Made by a program: the position numbers and the translations under genes
Shown here: positions 9,156 to 21,445 of the stretch, piece by piece
Layout: the number at the start of each line of letters is the position of its first letter
How positions within the stretch are numbered: position 1 is the first letter of the stretch
Assembly: GCA_964453345.1 (NCBI GenBank)
Contig: CAYVOC010000009.1
Coordinates: forward strand, 1-45,309
From: an uncultured Aquificales bacterium
GTDB lineage: Bacteria > Thermosulfidibacterota > Thermosulfidibacteria > Thermosulfidibacterales > Thermosulfidibacteraceae
Reading direction: 5' to 3'
DNA length: 45,309 nucleotides
The notes under the pieces: generated by a model
What the model was told of the DNA's origin: nothing
Database searches by the model: none
What the model saw: the letters and a program-made list of their open reading frames with translations, nothing else

Positions 9156-10261
9156 GGATCCTTTTCATACAGGGAGTTGCAAGATACGGAGGGGCCCTGA
9201 GATCCCTGTTGCACACCATGAGACTGCTGAAAAGGGCGGGCGGATACCCCATACTTGTAACATCCAGAGAGGGAAGGCTCACCGAAGAGTGCAGGGCCCA
9301 CAAAATAGCCTATGAGACCGTCCCCATGGGAATGTGGAGAAAGGTAAAGAGCTGGCCCCTTTTTCCCGTGGTCTTTTTTAGGCTCACCAGGCTGATCCTT
9401 GACAACAGGGTAGATCTCATCCACTGCAACACCCTGTGGGATGCCCCTTACGGGATACTGCTCGGCTGGATAACCAGAAGGCCCGTTACGGTTCACCTAC
9501 GCAATGTCCACAGCGAAAATCTTGTCTCAAAATACCACATAAACTTAGCAAGATCCGTCGTGGGGGTCTCCTTTGAATGTCTAAAGCACCTGAATCCCGA
9601 AATCAGAAGACGATCCCACACCATATACAACCCCTGGGAGGAATCACCCCAAATCACGCCCGCAGGCGACTTCTCCATATCCCTCATCGGAAGGCTCGAC
9701 ACCACCAAGGGACAGCGGGAATTTGTGGAAAGGGTATATCTCCCAATAACCGGCATATTGAATCTGGGACTGGACATGGTAGGGGGTGCATCTGCAAAGG
9801 AGAAGTTTTTGGAGGAAGAGGCCAAGGGCTGGGAAAGGACCCTCCCGCTGCTGAAATACCGGGGGCAGGTTAAGGAGATCCACAGGTTTTACAAAAAGGC
9901 CATGTTCATCGTTATCCCCTCGCTGCCCTCGGCCCTCGAGGGGGTGCCCCGGGTGGCCATAGAGGCCTTCTCCTTCGGCAGATGCGCCGTCGCAACGGAC
10001 AGCGGCGGGACGAAGGAGGCCGTTTTTGAAAAGACAGGGGTTCTTGTAGGGCAGGTGGAGGAGATGAAAAGACCGGTCGTTACGCTGTCCATGATCCCCC
10101 GCCTGAGAAGGAAGCTTGGGGTGAACGCCCAAAGGTTCGTGGAAAAGAAGATGAATCCTCAAGGGCACATAGAGAGCCTAATCAGGATCTGGCAGGCTTT
10201 CTCTCAAGGAGAGCCACCGTCTCAAGGTGAAAGGTATGGGGAAACATGTCGAAGGGGGTAA
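9152..10261 (+). CDS. Glycosyltransferase family 4; start uncertain (CTG 9152 or ATG 9122)
   Basis: [32 protein letters not shown] (E-x7-E), ATDSGG. Confidence 0.85.
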   Translation: MRILFIQGVARYGGALRSLLHTMRLLKRAGGYPILVTSREGRLTEECRAHKIAYETVPMGMWRKVKSWPLFPVVFFRLTRLILDNRVDLIHCNTLWDAPYGILLGWITRRPVTVHLRNVHSENLVSKYHINLARSVVGVSFECLKHLNPEIRRRSHTIYNPWEESPQITPAGDFSISLIGRLDTTKGQREFVERVYLPITGILNLGLDMVGGASAKEKFLEEEAKGWERTLPLLKYRGQVKEIHRFYKKAMFIVIPSLPSALEGVPRVAIEAFSFGRCAVATDSGGTKEAVFEKTGVLVGQVEEMKRPVVTLSMIPRLRRKLGVNAQRFVEKKMNPQGHIESLIRIWQAFSQGEPPSQGERYGETCRRG

Positions 10262-11417
10262 TCTCAACAACCCTGTAATTGTCAAGCCTCTTTATATCCC
10301 TGGCGAGGGTGGTGGGATTGCAGGAAACATAGACCACAAGGGAGGCTCTGCCTTCGTTGATCCACCTGGAAACCCCCGCCGTAAGCCCCGTTCTCGGAGG
10401 ATCCACCAGGACAACATCGTGGTCGCACAAAGCCCCCTCAACAAAGGCCTCCACATCCCGCCTGACAACCTCCACGTTATCCCCTGTGTGCTCCTCCAAA
10501 AGCCCAACCGAAACCGGATTTATCTCAACTGCGGTGATGCGCCCAGCCTTCCTTGATAGGGGGATGGTGAAGGTGCCGCACCCGGCGTATAGCTCAAGAA
10601 CCCTGCTCCCATGGGGAACCGCATTCACAACATGCTCCACAAGATCCGGGGTAAGGTATCTATTGGCCTGAAAGAAGGTGTCGTAGGTGTAAAAGACCTT
10701 GGCCCCGCACAGATCCTCAAAGATAAACTGCCTTCCCAGGGTGCTTCTCTTTCCCCGATAGTTTATCCTGAGCCCCACCTCCAGGCCCGTTCTATCCTCA
10801 AGTTCGTGGTATATCTGATGAATCTCCCTGATCTTCCTTGAAGCCTTCACGCTTACAAGGAGCATTCCCTCCTTCAAATCCTCCCCCATCCAGATCTCCT
10901 GCCCGTATTTAAGGAGGCTCTGGAACCTGTATAGGACCAGAAGAGCCCTCTCCATGCTCTCGGTTATCAGTCTGCATGCACCAACCCCGCAGATCCTGTG
11001 GCTTCTGAAGCCCCTGAAGCCTATAAGCTTTCTTTCCACAACCAGCTTGACCCTTCGCCTGTATCTGTCAGGTTCTTTGAAGACCATGGGCTTCACAAGG
11101 GACGGAAGATCCCTGTCAACCCTTGCAAGCTCCCTTTCCAGTATCATCCCCTTATGCTCAAGCTGCACACGGTAATCCACGTGCAGCCACTGGCAGGCAC
11201 CGCACACGCCAAAGTGGGGGCATCCCGGTTCAACCCTGCAAGAAGAGGGTTCAAGCAGCTCCACAACCTCGCCAAAGGCAAAGTCCCTCCTTTGCTCAAC
11301 GATCCTCACCCTTACCCTGTCGCCGGGAGCCGTGTAGGGAACAAAAACCACGAGCCCCTCGGAGGTTCGACCCATGCCGTATCCGTTGTAGACGAGTTTT
11401 TCGATGGTCAGAATCAC
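10182..11417 (-). CDS. rlmD: RlmD/TrmA-family RNA (uracil-5)-methyltransferase
   Basis: TRAM domain, [42 protein letters not shown]. Confidence 0.88.
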   Translation of the reverse strand: MILTIEKLVYNGYGMGRTSEGLVVFVPYTAPGDRVRVRIVEQRRDFAFGEVVELLEPSSCRVEPGCPHFGVCGACQWLHVDYRVQLEHKGMILERELARVDRDLPSLVKPMVFKEPDRYRRRVKLVVERKLIGFRGFRSHRICGVGACRLITESMERALLVLYRFQSLLKYGQEIWMGEDLKEGMLLVSVKASRKIREIHQIYHELEDRTGLEVGLRINYRGKRSTLGRQFIFEDLCGAKVFYTYDTFFQANRYLTPDLVEHVVNAVPHGSRVLELYAGCGTFTIPLSRKAGRITAVEINPVSVGLLEEHTGDNVEVVRRDVEAFVEGALCDHDVVLVDPPRTGLTAGVSRWINEGRASLVVYVSCNPTTLARDIKRLDNYRVVEITPFDMFPHTFHLETVALLERKPARS

Positions 11418-11728
11418 CGCTTCTCTTCCATAAGGCGGGTTATCTCTATACCCTTTAGTGCAGCCCTTCTCAAAATCTGATAGAGCCTTTCACAATCCTC
11501 AGGGTTGTCAGAGCAAAGAACGGGTGAAAGCTCTATCTCACGGTTCACAGCTTCCCACAGATCGGGATTGCTCTTCTGAAGCCCGTATTTTTGCATAACA
11601 AACCTTATATCCTCAAACCTCTTGGGAATACGCCCTTCAGGGGTTTTCGGGGACACCTTCGCCCCATTGGTTCCACGCAAACCACAGCCCAGAAGCAAAA
11701 TCAGGGCTACTGCAACAAAAAACCTCAT
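11414..11728 (-). CDS. Hypothetical lipoprotein
   Basis: Signal peptide with lipobox LLGC; ATGA overlap with aspS and GTGA overlap with rlmD. Confidence 0.7.
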   Translation of the reverse strand: MRFFVAVALILLLGCGLRGTNGAKVSPKTPEGRIPKRFEDIRFVMQKYGLQKSNPDLWEAVNREIELSPVLCSDNPEDCERLYQILRRAALKGIEITRLMEEKR

Positions 11729-13494
11729 TGTTTTTTCACCGGAAGAACCCTTATGAAGAGCTCATCAAGCTGCTTTTTGGACACCTCCGAGGGCGCTCCC
11801 GTCATAAGGCACTGGGCTTTCTGGGTTTTGGGGAAGGGGATAACCTCCCTTATGGAGTTCGACCCCGTTATTATGGCCATTATCCTGTCAAAGCCCAAGG
11901 CCAGACCGCCGTGGGGCGGTGCACCGTATTGAAGGGCCTCAAGCAGAAAGCCGAATTTTTGCTGGGCCTCCTCCTCGGTTATGTTCAGCAACTTAAAGAT
12001 CTTTTCCTGCACGTCCTTTCTGTGAATCCTGATGCTTCCACCCCCTATCTCCTGGCCGTTGAGCACCACATCGTAGGCCTTGGCCCTAACCTTCAGCGGG
12101 TCCTCGTCCAAGAGGGGCATATCCTCATCCATGGGCGAGGTGAAGGGATGGTGAACGGCCACATAGCGCTTCTCCTCATCGTCCCACTCCAGCAGGGGGA
12201 AATCCACAACCCACAGGAAACTGTATCTGCCCTCATCTATCAGGTTGAGCTTTTTCCCCAAGTGCAGCCTTATCTGGCCAAGTATCTCACAGGCCTTCTC
12301 CCACTCCTCAGCCACTATGAGGACAACATCCCCCTCCTTCGCCCCAAGATGCCCGAGCAGGGACTCCACCTCTGCATCCTTCAGGAACTTGGCGACGGGA
12401 GACTGGAGCTTCCCGCCCTCCTTAACCCTCATCCAGACCAGACCGGAAGCCCCAAGGGATATGGCCATGTTAACCAGATCATCCAGATCCTTCCTCGAAA
12501 GTTTTTCACCATCCGGGACCCTCAGGGCCTTGAGGGTCTTGCCCTCCTCAAGGGCCGCCCTGAAAACCCTGAACTCCGTATCCCCAAAGACCCCGTTAAC
12601 CGTCTCCATCTCGAGCCCGAACCTCAGATCGGGCTTATCACTCCCGTATCTATCCATGGCCTCCCGGTAGGGTATCCTGGGGAAGGGGGTCTCTATCTCC
12701 ACATCTATTACCCTGAAGATGGCCTTAAGGATCCCCTCTGTAACCTCCATAACATCCTCACGCTCAACAAAGGCCATCTCCAGATCTATCTGGGTGAACT
12801 CCGGTTGCCTGTCAGCCCTTAGGTCCTCGTCCCTGAAGCACTTCACAATCTGGAAATACCTGTCGTAGCCGGCAATCATAAAGATCTGTTTAAAAAGCTG
12901 CGGAGACTGGGGAAGGGCGTAAAACTTGCCCGGATTCAACCTGCTGGGAACGAGAAAATCCCTGGCACCTTCCGGGGTTGACTTGGTCAAGAAGGGTGTC
13001 TCAAGCTCAAGAAAGCCCTGCTCGTCAAGGTATCTTCTCACCGCCTGGGCAACCCTGTGCCTCAGAATGAGCTTACGCTGCATGCACGGCCGCCTGAGAT
13101 CCAGGAACCTGTATCTGAGCCTGACCTCCTCGCTGACCTCTATCTCATCCTCTATCTTAAAGGGAGGTGGACTTGAGGTGTTGAGTATTTCAATCTCCTT
13201 GCCCACAACCTCCACCATACCGGTCTTGAGTTTGGGATTTTCGGTTCCCTCCGGCCTTCTTCTGACAAAGCCTTTGACCCTCAAAACATACTCAGGCTTC
13301 GCCTTCTTTGCCACACCATGGGCAACCGGATCCGTCTGGGGATCGAAGACCACCTGGATGATCCCCTCCCTATCCCTCAGATCTATAAAGGTGAGTCCAC
13401 CGTGATCCCTGTTTCTGTGAACCCATCCCTCAAGAACCACCTCTTCACCGATCATGGACTCGTTCACTTCTCCGCAGTAGCAGGTCCTCCTCAT
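11725..13494 (-). CDS. aspS: Aspartate-tRNA ligase, probably non-discriminating
   Basis: RDHGGLTFIDLRD, LPQSPQ, FRDEDLRADRQPEF, GGGSIR, PPHGG. Confidence 0.98.
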   Translation of the reverse strand: MRRTCYCGEVNESMIGEEVVLEGWVHRNRDHGGLTFIDLRDREGIIQVVFDPQTDPVAHGVAKKAKPEYVLRVKGFVRRRPEGTENPKLKTGMVEVVGKEIEILNTSSPPPFKIEDEIEVSEEVRLRYRFLDLRRPCMQRKLILRHRVAQAVRRYLDEQGFLELETPFLTKSTPEGARDFLVPSRLNPGKFYALPQSPQLFKQIFMIAGYDRYFQIVKCFRDEDLRADRQPEFTQIDLEMAFVEREDVMEVTEGILKAIFRVIDVEIETPFPRIPYREAMDRYGSDKPDLRFGLEMETVNGVFGDTEFRVFRAALEEGKTLKALRVPDGEKLSRKDLDDLVNMAISLGASGLVWMRVKEGGKLQSPVAKFLKDAEVESLLGHLGAKEGDVVLIVAEEWEKACEILGQIRLHLGKKLNLIDEGRYSFLWVVDFPLLEWDDEEKRYVAVHHPFTSPMDEDMPLLDEDPLKVRAKAYDVVLNGQEIGGGSIRIHRKDVQEKIFKLLNITEEEAQQKFGFLLEALQYGAPPHGGLALGFDRIMAIITGSNSIREVIPFPKTQKAQCLMTGAPSEVSKKQLDELFIRVLPVKKQ

Positions 13495-14750
13495 GCTCCT
13501 TCCTCCAGCAGCTGCTTGAGGCGAAGGGCCTTGGCCTCCACCTCAAACTGTCTTTTCTGTTCCATGTCCCTTACGGTCAAAACCCCTTTGTTCCTCTCAT
13601 CCTCACCCACCAGAACCACAAACCTGACCCCCAACTTATTCGCCTTTCTCATCTGACTCTTCAGGCTTCTTCCGGTATGCTCCATCTCGCACTTTATCCC
13701 GTCCATCCTCAGCTCAGAAACTATGGGGATAACAAACCTCTTGGACTCCTCATCGAGAGGGGCAAAAAAGAACACAGGCGGCTCGTTCTTCAGGGTGTAG
13801 CGCTTCTTCATGAGGGCAACCGTCCTCTCCACCCCGACGGCAAAGCCTATTCCTGGAATGTCAGGTCCCCCCAGCTCCCTGACCAGATTATCGTATCGGC
13901 CACCGGCCGCCACCGCATTCTGGGCGCCCAGCTCCGTTGTGGTCAGCTCAAAGACCACCCCGGTATAGTAATCGAGTCCCCTCACTATCATGGGATTAAG
14001 AACGAAGGGAACCTCCGCTATCTTCAGATACTCTAAGGTCTCGTCGAAGTAGCTTCTGCACTCATCGCACAGGTAATCAACAATGAGGGGAGCGCCGGAT
14101 GCCACATCTCTACACTCCTCCCTCTTGCAATCCAGCACCCTCAGGGGATTCCTTTCAAGCCTCCTTCTGCAATCTCTGCACAGCCTATCCCTCTGGCTGT
14201 TCAAAAAGTTTATCAGAATATCCCTGTATATGGGCCTGCATTCAGGGCAGCCTATGTGGTTTATCTCCAAGGAAACCCCGTCATCAATCTTCAACCTCTT
14301 GAAGAGGGCAAAGAGCATGCCGATAATCTCGGCGTCAAAGGAGGGACTCTTCACCCCATAGGCCTCAACATTCAGCTGATGGAACTGCCTCAGACGCCCC
14401 GCCTGGGGCCTTTCGTGTCTGAACATGGGACCGAAAAAATAGTATTTATTCACAGGATCCTTAAGGTAAAGGGCGTTCTCTATGAGGGCGCGGGTCATAC
14501 CGGCGGTGGCCTCAGGCCTCAGGGCAAGCATCTCCCCGCCCTTGTCCTCAAAGACATACATCTCCTTCTCAACAATATCCGTGGTGGTCCCTATCCCCCT
14601 CTGAAACACCTCTATCTTCTCAAGGACGGGAATCCTGAGCTCTTTAAAGTTGTAGGTTTCAAAAAGACTCCTCGCCTCCTCCTCAAGGAGGCGCCAGTAG
14701 GGCATATCCTCAGGAAGCGTATCCTTAAAGCCTCTTACCGCCTTAATCAT
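13491..14750 (-). CDS. hisS: Histidine-tRNA ligase
   Basis: LRPEATA, FRHERPQAGRLRQF, RGLDYY, GGRYD; start 14750 or 14759. Confidence 0.98.
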   Translation of the reverse strand: MIKAVRGFKDTLPEDMPYWRLLEEEARSLFETYNFKELRIPVLEKIEVFQRGIGTTTDIVEKEMYVFEDKGGEMLALRPEATAGMTRALIENALYLKDPVNKYYFFGPMFRHERPQAGRLRQFHQLNVEAYGVKSPSFDAEIIGMLFALFKRLKIDDGVSLEINHIGCPECRPIYRDILINFLNSQRDRLCRDCRRRLERNPLRVLDCKREECRDVASGAPLIVDYLCDECRSYFDETLEYLKIAEVPFVLNPMIVRGLDYYTGVVFELTTTELGAQNAVAAGGRYDNLVRELGGPDIPGIGFAVGVERTVALMKKRYTLKNEPPVFFFAPLDEESKRFVIPIVSELRMDGIKCEMEHTGRSLKSQMRKANKLGVRFVVLVGEDERNKGVLTVRDMEQKRQFEVEAKALRLKQLLEEGA

Positions 14751-14770
14751 CTTGACCATCCCCTCAATAA

Positions 14771-15828
<1,058 letters not shown>

Positions 15829-15829
<1 letters not shown>

Positions 15830-17025
15830 TGGACAAGCTCTCCATAAGAGACCTGGATCTGAAGGGCAAAAGGGTCTTTATAAGGGTTGACTTCAATGTT
15901 CCCATAGATGCCAAGGGCAATATACTGGACGATTCCCGCATAAGGGCAAGCCTGAAAACCATCAACTACGCCATAGACAAGGGAGCCAAGGTAATCCTCG
16001 CCTCCCACCTCGACAGGCCCAAGGGAAGGGATCCCAAATACAGCCTGAAGCCCGTTGCTGAGAGACTCTCACGCCTCCTCGGCAAGGAGGTAATCTTTGT
16101 TGATGACTGCATCGGGGAGAAGGTGAAAGAGGCAGTCAGCAAAATGAAGCCCGGCGACGTTATCCTGCTTGAGAACCTGAGATTCTATTCTGAAGAGACC
16201 AAAAACGACCCGGAGTTTGCCAGAAAGCTGGTTGAATACGCAGATTACTACGTGAACGACGCCTTCGGAACGGCCCACAGAAAGCACGCCTCCACCTACG
16301 GAGCGGCCCAGTTCGCAAAGGTTGCGGCCATGGGCTTTCTGATGGAGGAGGAGATCGAATACTTCAAGCGCGCCCTTGAGAACCCCACCAGGCCCTTGGT
16401 GGCCATAATAGGCGGGGCCAAGGTCTCCACAAAGATAGGGCTTTTAAAGAGCCTCATAGATAAGGTTGACAAGATGCTGATAGGCGGGGCCATGGCCTTC
16501 ACCTTCATCAGGGCTTTGGGATACCCCACGGGCAGATCCTTGGTTGAGCCAGACTACATTGAGACCGCCAAGGAGGTTATGCAGCACGCAAGGGATAGGG
16601 GCGTAAAGTTTTATCTGCCTGTGGATTTTGTGCTGGCCCCCGAAGCCTCGGATAAGGTGAAATCCGTGATAAAGCCCTACCAGGAGCATCCCGAGGATCT
16701 CATGGGGCTGGATATAGGCCCGGCAACGGTGGAGCTGTTCAAGGAGGTCCTTTCAGACGCTGAAACCGTTGTGTGGAACGGTCCCTTAGGCATGTTTGAG
16801 CTTGAGAAGTTCAAAGCGGGAACCGTGAGCATAGCAAGATACGTGGCATCCCTCAGTGCCCTGAGCATCGTGGGCGGCGGCGACACGGACGCTGCCATAG
16901 AGGTGGCAGGCGTTAAGGACAAAATATCCCACATATCTACAGGTGGCGGGGCCTTCCTGGAGCTATTGGAGAAGGGAACCCTCCCCTGCGTTGAGGTGCT
17001 CACAGACAAGGAGGCTGTATCATGA
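15829..17025 (+). CDS. pgk: Phosphoglycerate kinase
   Basis: [31 protein letters not shown]. Confidence 0.98.
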
Positions 17026-17786
17026 GAAAGCCCTTTATCTGCGGCAACTGGAAGATGCATAAAAGACTCGATGAGGCCCTTGAGCTTGTGAAGGGCATCA
17101 TGATGAAGCTGGACTACAACTGCTACGAAAGGGCCGATGTGGCGGTGGCTCCCCCCTTCGTCTATCTTTCTGCCGTTTCTCTTCTGGTAAAGGCCACCCC
17201 CCTGGACCTCTGCGCCCAGGATGTCTTCTGGGAAAAGGAGGGAGCCTACACGGGAGAGGTCTCCCCTGTCATGCTTAAGGATGTGGGGTGCGACTACTGC
17301 ATAGTGGGGCATTCGGAAAGGAGAACCTACTTCTGCGAAACCGATGAGACGGTGAACAAAAAGGTTAAAGCCCTTATCGAGCACGAAATCACCCCCATAG
17401 TATGCGTGGGAGAAAGGCTTGAGGAAAGGGAAGCGGGTAAAGTATTTGAAGTTGTGGGAAGACAGATCAGAGAGGGTCTTGCGGGTGTAAAGATAGATGC
17501 CCCCAACCAGCTTGTGATCGCCTACGAACCCGTGTGGGCGATAGGAACGGGAAAAGTCGCCACGCCGCAGCAGGCACAGGAGGTCCACTCCTTCATAAGG
17601 GAGTTGCTAAGGGAAATGTTCGGTGCTATGGCAGACTCCATCAGGATACTATACGGGGGAAGCGTGAAGCCGAACAACATAGCTTCCCTCATAGAACAAG
17701 AGGATATAGACGGCGCTCTTGTGGGTGGAGCAAGCCTTTCGGCTCCGGACTTCACCCAGATAGTAAAGATTGCAGGAGGGTGCTAA
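17022..17786 (+). CDS. tpiA: Triosephosphate isomerase
   Basis: [29 protein letters not shown]. Confidence 0.98.
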   Translation: MRKPFICGNWKMHKRLDEALELVKGIMMKLDYNCYERADVAVAPPFVYLSAVSLLVKATPLDLCAQDVFWEKEGAYTGEVSPVMLKDVGCDYCIVGHSERRTYFCETDETVNKKVKALIEHEITPIVCVGERLEEREAGKVFEVVGRQIREGLAGVKIDAPNQLVIAYEPVWAIGTGKVATPQQAQEVHSFIRELLREMFGAMADSIRILYGGSVKPNNIASLIEQEDIDGALVGGASLSAPDFTQIVKIAGGC

Positions 17787-18161
17787 ATGGAAACGGCTCT
17801 TACGGTTCTGCATGTGATAGTCTGCTTGCTGCTCATTGTGGCCGTCATACTCCAGAGGGGCAAGGGAGCCGAAATGGGAGCCGCCTTTGGGGTCGGTTCC
17901 TCCTCAGCCGTATTCGGACCGAGGGGACCCACGCCCTTTCTGGCAAAGGTTACGGTCGTTCTGGCCGTGATATTCTTCGTCAACTCCATAGCCCTCACCA
18001 TACTGGTGGGCAAGCCCAAATATGTTAAGGCGGTTGAAAGGGCGATCCCCAAGGTGGAGGTGAAGGCCCAAAAGAGACAACCGCCGCTTCCACCTGCCAA
18101 CACAACGGCCCCAAAGGAGGAAGCCGCAAAGGAAGAACAGCCCCATGGAAAGGGTGAGTGA
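17787..18161 (+). CDS. secG: Preprotein translocase subunit SecG
   Basis: ILQRGKGAEMGAAFG between two TM helices; follows tpiA. Confidence 0.95.
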   Translation: METALTVLHVIVCLLLIVAVILQRGKGAEMGAAFGVGSSSAVFGPRGPTPFLAKVTVVLAVIFFVNSIALTILVGKPKYVKAVERAIPKVEVKAQKRQPPLPPANTTAPKEEAAKEEQPHGKGE

Positions 18162-19227
18162 ACTCGATCTCCTCAGAAAAGAGATAGACCGGATAGACGA
18201 GGAAATCCTGAAGCTGTTGAATAAGAGGGCGGAAGTTGCCCTCAAAATAGGCGAAATAAAGAAGGCTCACAACGCACCGGTATATGTGCCGGGAAGGGAA
18301 AGGGCCGTTCTCGACAGGCTCGTGGAGCTGAACAGGGGCCCCTTCCCCAATGAGGCCCTGAGATACATTTTCAGGGAGATCATTGCGGCCTGCGTCGCCA
18401 TACAGCAGCAGACAACGGTGGCATATCTGGGCCCCGAGGCCACCTTCACCCATCAGGCGGGGGTTGAATACTTCGGGCTATCCGCAAGGTTCGTGCCCGT
18501 GAAGTTCGTTGAAGGGATATTTGAAGTTGTTGAGAGAGAACACGTTGATTACGGAGTGGTTCCCTTTGAAAACTCCACAGAGGGAGTGGTCAACAGAACC
18601 CTTGATGCGTTCATGGAGTTTGAGGACGTGAGAATAGTGGGAGAGGTTTATTTAAGGGTTTCCCATCACCTCCTCACCAGAAGCGGAGACACCCAGGAAA
18701 TAGAAAAGATCTACAGCCATCCCCACGCCATAGCCCAGTGCCGCAGATGGCTGGCATCCGTCATGCCCGAGGCAAAGATAGTATACGTCTCAAGCACGGC
18801 CGAAGCCGCCAAAATAGCCGCAAGGGAGGAAGGAGCGGCGGCCATAGCCAGCGAGATGGCGGCAACCCTATACGGCCTGAAGGTGGCCGTAAGGGACATA
18901 GAGGATCAGAAGGACAACTACACAAGGTTCCTTATCGTGGGGAAGGAGCATCCCCGGCCCACAGGAGACGACAAAACCTCCATCATCTTCAGCATCTCGG
19001 ATGAGGTGGGTGCCCTGAAAGAGATACTCTCCTGCTTCTCGGACAGGGGAATAAACCTGACCAAGATAGAATCGCGCCCTTCAAAGAAAAAACCCTGGGA
19101 TTACATCTTCTACATCGACTTCAAAGGGCACATAGACGAAGAAAGGGTAAAAGATGCGGTGGAGTGTTTGGAAAAAAGATGCGTTTTCGTAAAATTTCTG
19201 GGGTCATATCCGGCCTACAGAATGTAA
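18145..19227 (+). CDS. pheA: Chorismate mutase/prephenate dehydratase (P-protein)
   Basis: LRKEIDRID, YLGPEATF, PFENSTEG, NYTRF, ACT domain with IESRP. Confidence 0.96.
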   Translation: MERVSELDLLRKEIDRIDEEILKLLNKRAEVALKIGEIKKAHNAPVYVPGRERAVLDRLVELNRGPFPNEALRYIFREIIAACVAIQQQTTVAYLGPEATFTHQAGVEYFGLSARFVPVKFVEGIFEVVEREHVDYGVVPFENSTEGVVNRTLDAFMEFEDVRIVGEVYLRVSHHLLTRSGDTQEIEKIYSHPHAIAQCRRWLASVMPEAKIVYVSSTAEAAKIAAREEGAAAIASEMAATLYGLKVAVRDIEDQKDNYTRFLIVGKEHPRPTGDDKTSIIFSISDEVGALKEILSCFSDRGINLTKIESRPSKKKPWDYIFYIDFKGHIDEERVKDAVECLEKRCVFVKFLGSYPAYRM

Positions 19228-19242
19228 AAGGGGGATAGAGCG

Positions 19243-20520
19243 GTGAAAAAAAGGATTAGACTTTCCATACTAATACTTGTTTTACTTATGGGCATCAGCG
19301 CAGGAAGCTACTCCGCATCTAAGAAGGCGGAGGAGTCTCCCTATCAATACCTGCAGGTGTTTACCGAGGCCCTTAGATACATAAAGAAGTTCTACGTAAA
19401 GGATGTCTCCTATAAGGATCTGATCTACAACGCCATCAGGGGGATGACCTCCCAGCTTGATCCCCACACCACCTTCCTTGATCCGGACATGCTAAAGGAG
19501 ATGCAGATAGAGACAAAGGGCGAGTTCGGCGGTGTGGGAATGATCGTCACCATGAAGGATGGCGTGCTCACGGTGGTTTCGCCCATTGAGGATACCCCCG
19601 CATGGAAGGCCGGCGTAAAGGCGGGGGACAAGATCATAAAAATAGACGGAGTCCCCACCAAAGGAATGAGCCTTATGGAGGCGGTAAAGCGCCTCAGAGG
19701 TCCCAAGGGAACCAAGGTGACCATAACCATTCTCAGAGAAGGTGTGGACAAGCCCTTCGACATAACCATCACAAGAGACATCATCAAGATAAAGAGTGTT
19801 ACCTATAAGATGCTGGATAAGAAGGACAAAATAGGCTACATAAAGATCAAGCAGTTCCAGGAGAAGACCACCAGCGAACTCACCAAGGCCTTCTACGACC
19901 TCTACAACCAGGGCATGAAGGCCCTCATCCTCGATCTAAGAAACGATCCGGGTGGGCTTTTGGTCCAGGCCGTATCCGTTGCCGATAGGTTTCTCAAGGG
20001 AGGAAAGCTCATCGTATACACCAAGGGGAAGGGCAGCACAGAAAACCTGAAATACATGTCCCACGACAGCGGAACCTTCCCCTACGTGCCCATGGTGGTT
20101 CTGGTAAATTCCGGATCCGCCAGCGCTTCTGAAATCGTAACGGGAGCGCTAAAAGCCCACAGAAGGGCTGTAGTGATAGGAGAAAGGACCTTCGGAAAGG
20201 GCTCGGTCCAGACAATATACCAGCTTTCTGATGGCTCCGCCCTCAAACTCACCACAGCCTACTACTACACCCCCGATCATGTATGCATAGAGGAGAAGGG
20301 GATAGAACCCGACATTGTTGTGCCCGAAAATGTGGTTGTCAAAAGAAGCCATCCTGTAATAAGGGAAAAACAGCTGGTGGAGCTAAAGAAGGGCAAGTCC
20401 TTAAAAAAGAAGGAGAAAAAGCAGGAAAAACAGGACTTCCAGCTTCAGTTTGCAGAAGACTTCCTGAGGCTGTGGCTCAAGCTGGGGCTATCCTTTAATG
20501 GGCAGAAAAAGGCGCACTAA
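19243..20520 (+). CDS. S41 carboxyl-terminal protease with PDZ domain
   Basis: LDPHT, DLRNDPGG, SASASE, TFGKGSVQ. Confidence 0.94.
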   Translation: MKKRIRLSILILVLLMGISAGSYSASKKAEESPYQYLQVFTEALRYIKKFYVKDVSYKDLIYNAIRGMTSQLDPHTTFLDPDMLKEMQIETKGEFGGVGMIVTMKDGVLTVVSPIEDTPAWKAGVKAGDKIIKIDGVPTKGMSLMEAVKRLRGPKGTKVTITILREGVDKPFDITITRDIIKIKSVTYKMLDKKDKIGYIKIKQFQEKTTSELTKAFYDLYNQGMKALILDLRNDPGGLLVQAVSVADRFLKGGKLIVYTKGKGSTENLKYMSHDSGTFPYVPMVVLVNSGSASASEIVTGALKAHRRAVVIGERTFGKGSVQTIYQLSDGSALKLTTAYYYTPDHVCIEEKGIEPDIVVPENVVVKRSHPVIREKQLVELKKGKSLKKKEKKQEKQDFQLQFAEDFLRLWLKLGLSFNGQKKAH

Positions 20521-21445
20521 AGGGAAGGGGAAGGCAAAATCAATCCTTCCCCTTCTTGTCGCCGTAATCTTCTTCTGCTTGGGGGTTTTATCCGCCTATC
20601 TATGGGACAGGTTCAGGGAGGGGACTGAACCCATAGTTCCCGAACCCATCCCCGCAGAAGCCCCAACCCCCGAAGGCAGGGGGCAGAAACCTCTTCCAAT
20701 ACCGGTCCACCCACCGAAACCTGAAAAGAGCTGGAAGGCCGCTATAGCCATCATAATTGACGATATAGGTTACAAAAAGAAAGACGTTGAAAGGTTCTCA
20801 TCCCTCCCCTACCCCCTGGCCCTCTCCATCATACCCTATACCCCCTTTGATGTGTTCAGCGCCAGATACGCCAAAAAGCACGGTAAAAGCGTCATGCTCC
20901 ACATCCCCATGGAACCCAACCACACAAGCGAAATAATAGAAAAGCTCGAAAAAAAGACCTTCGGAATGCTTCTAACCAGAATGCCGGACTCCACCATAAG
21001 AGCAATGCTCAAAAAAGAACTTTCAAGGGTCCCCTTCGCCGTTGCCGCAAACAACCACATGGGGTCCAGATTCACCCAGAATCGCCACAAGATGCGCATC
21101 GTGCTGAACTTTTTAAGGGAACATTCGCTCTTTTTCGTTGACAGCAGAACCTCCCCTAAAAGCGTGGCCTGCTCAGTGGGAAAGAGCGTAGGGGTGGTGG
21201 TCCTGAAAAGGAACATATTCTTGGACAACTCAAAGAGCAAAGACTACATAAAAAGGCAGTTGGATATCCTTGCCCAAAGGGCCCTGAAGCGGGGCTATGC
21301 CATAGCCATAGGCCACCCTCATCTTGCAACCTATCAGGCCCTGATGGAAAAGCTTCCCGAACTTGAAAAAAGGGGCGTGAAGGTGATACCAATAGAGCGC
21401 ATATACCAGAAGGTTGTGGAGGGCGAATATGAAGCCTGTCTTTAA
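20498..21445 (+). CDS. Divergent polysaccharide deacetylase family protein
   Basis: IIIDDIG, HIPMEP, NNHMGS, FVDSRT, IFLDN, AIGHPH; usual neighbour of ctpA. Confidence 0.92.
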   Translation: MGRKRRTKGKGKAKSILPLLVAVIFFCLGVLSAYLWDRFREGTEPIVPEPIPAEAPTPEGRGQKPLPIPVHPPKPEKSWKAAIAIIIDDIGYKKKDVERFSSLPYPLALSIIPYTPFDVFSARYAKKHGKSVMLHIPMEPNHTSEIIEKLEKKTFGMLLTRMPDSTIRAMLKKELSRVPFAVAANNHMGSRFTQNRHKMRIVLNFLREHSLFFVDSRTSPKSVACSVGKSVGVVVLKRNIFLDNSKSKDYIKRQLDILAQRALKRGYAIAIGHPHLATYQALMEKLPELEKRGVKVIPIERIYQKVVEGEYEACL

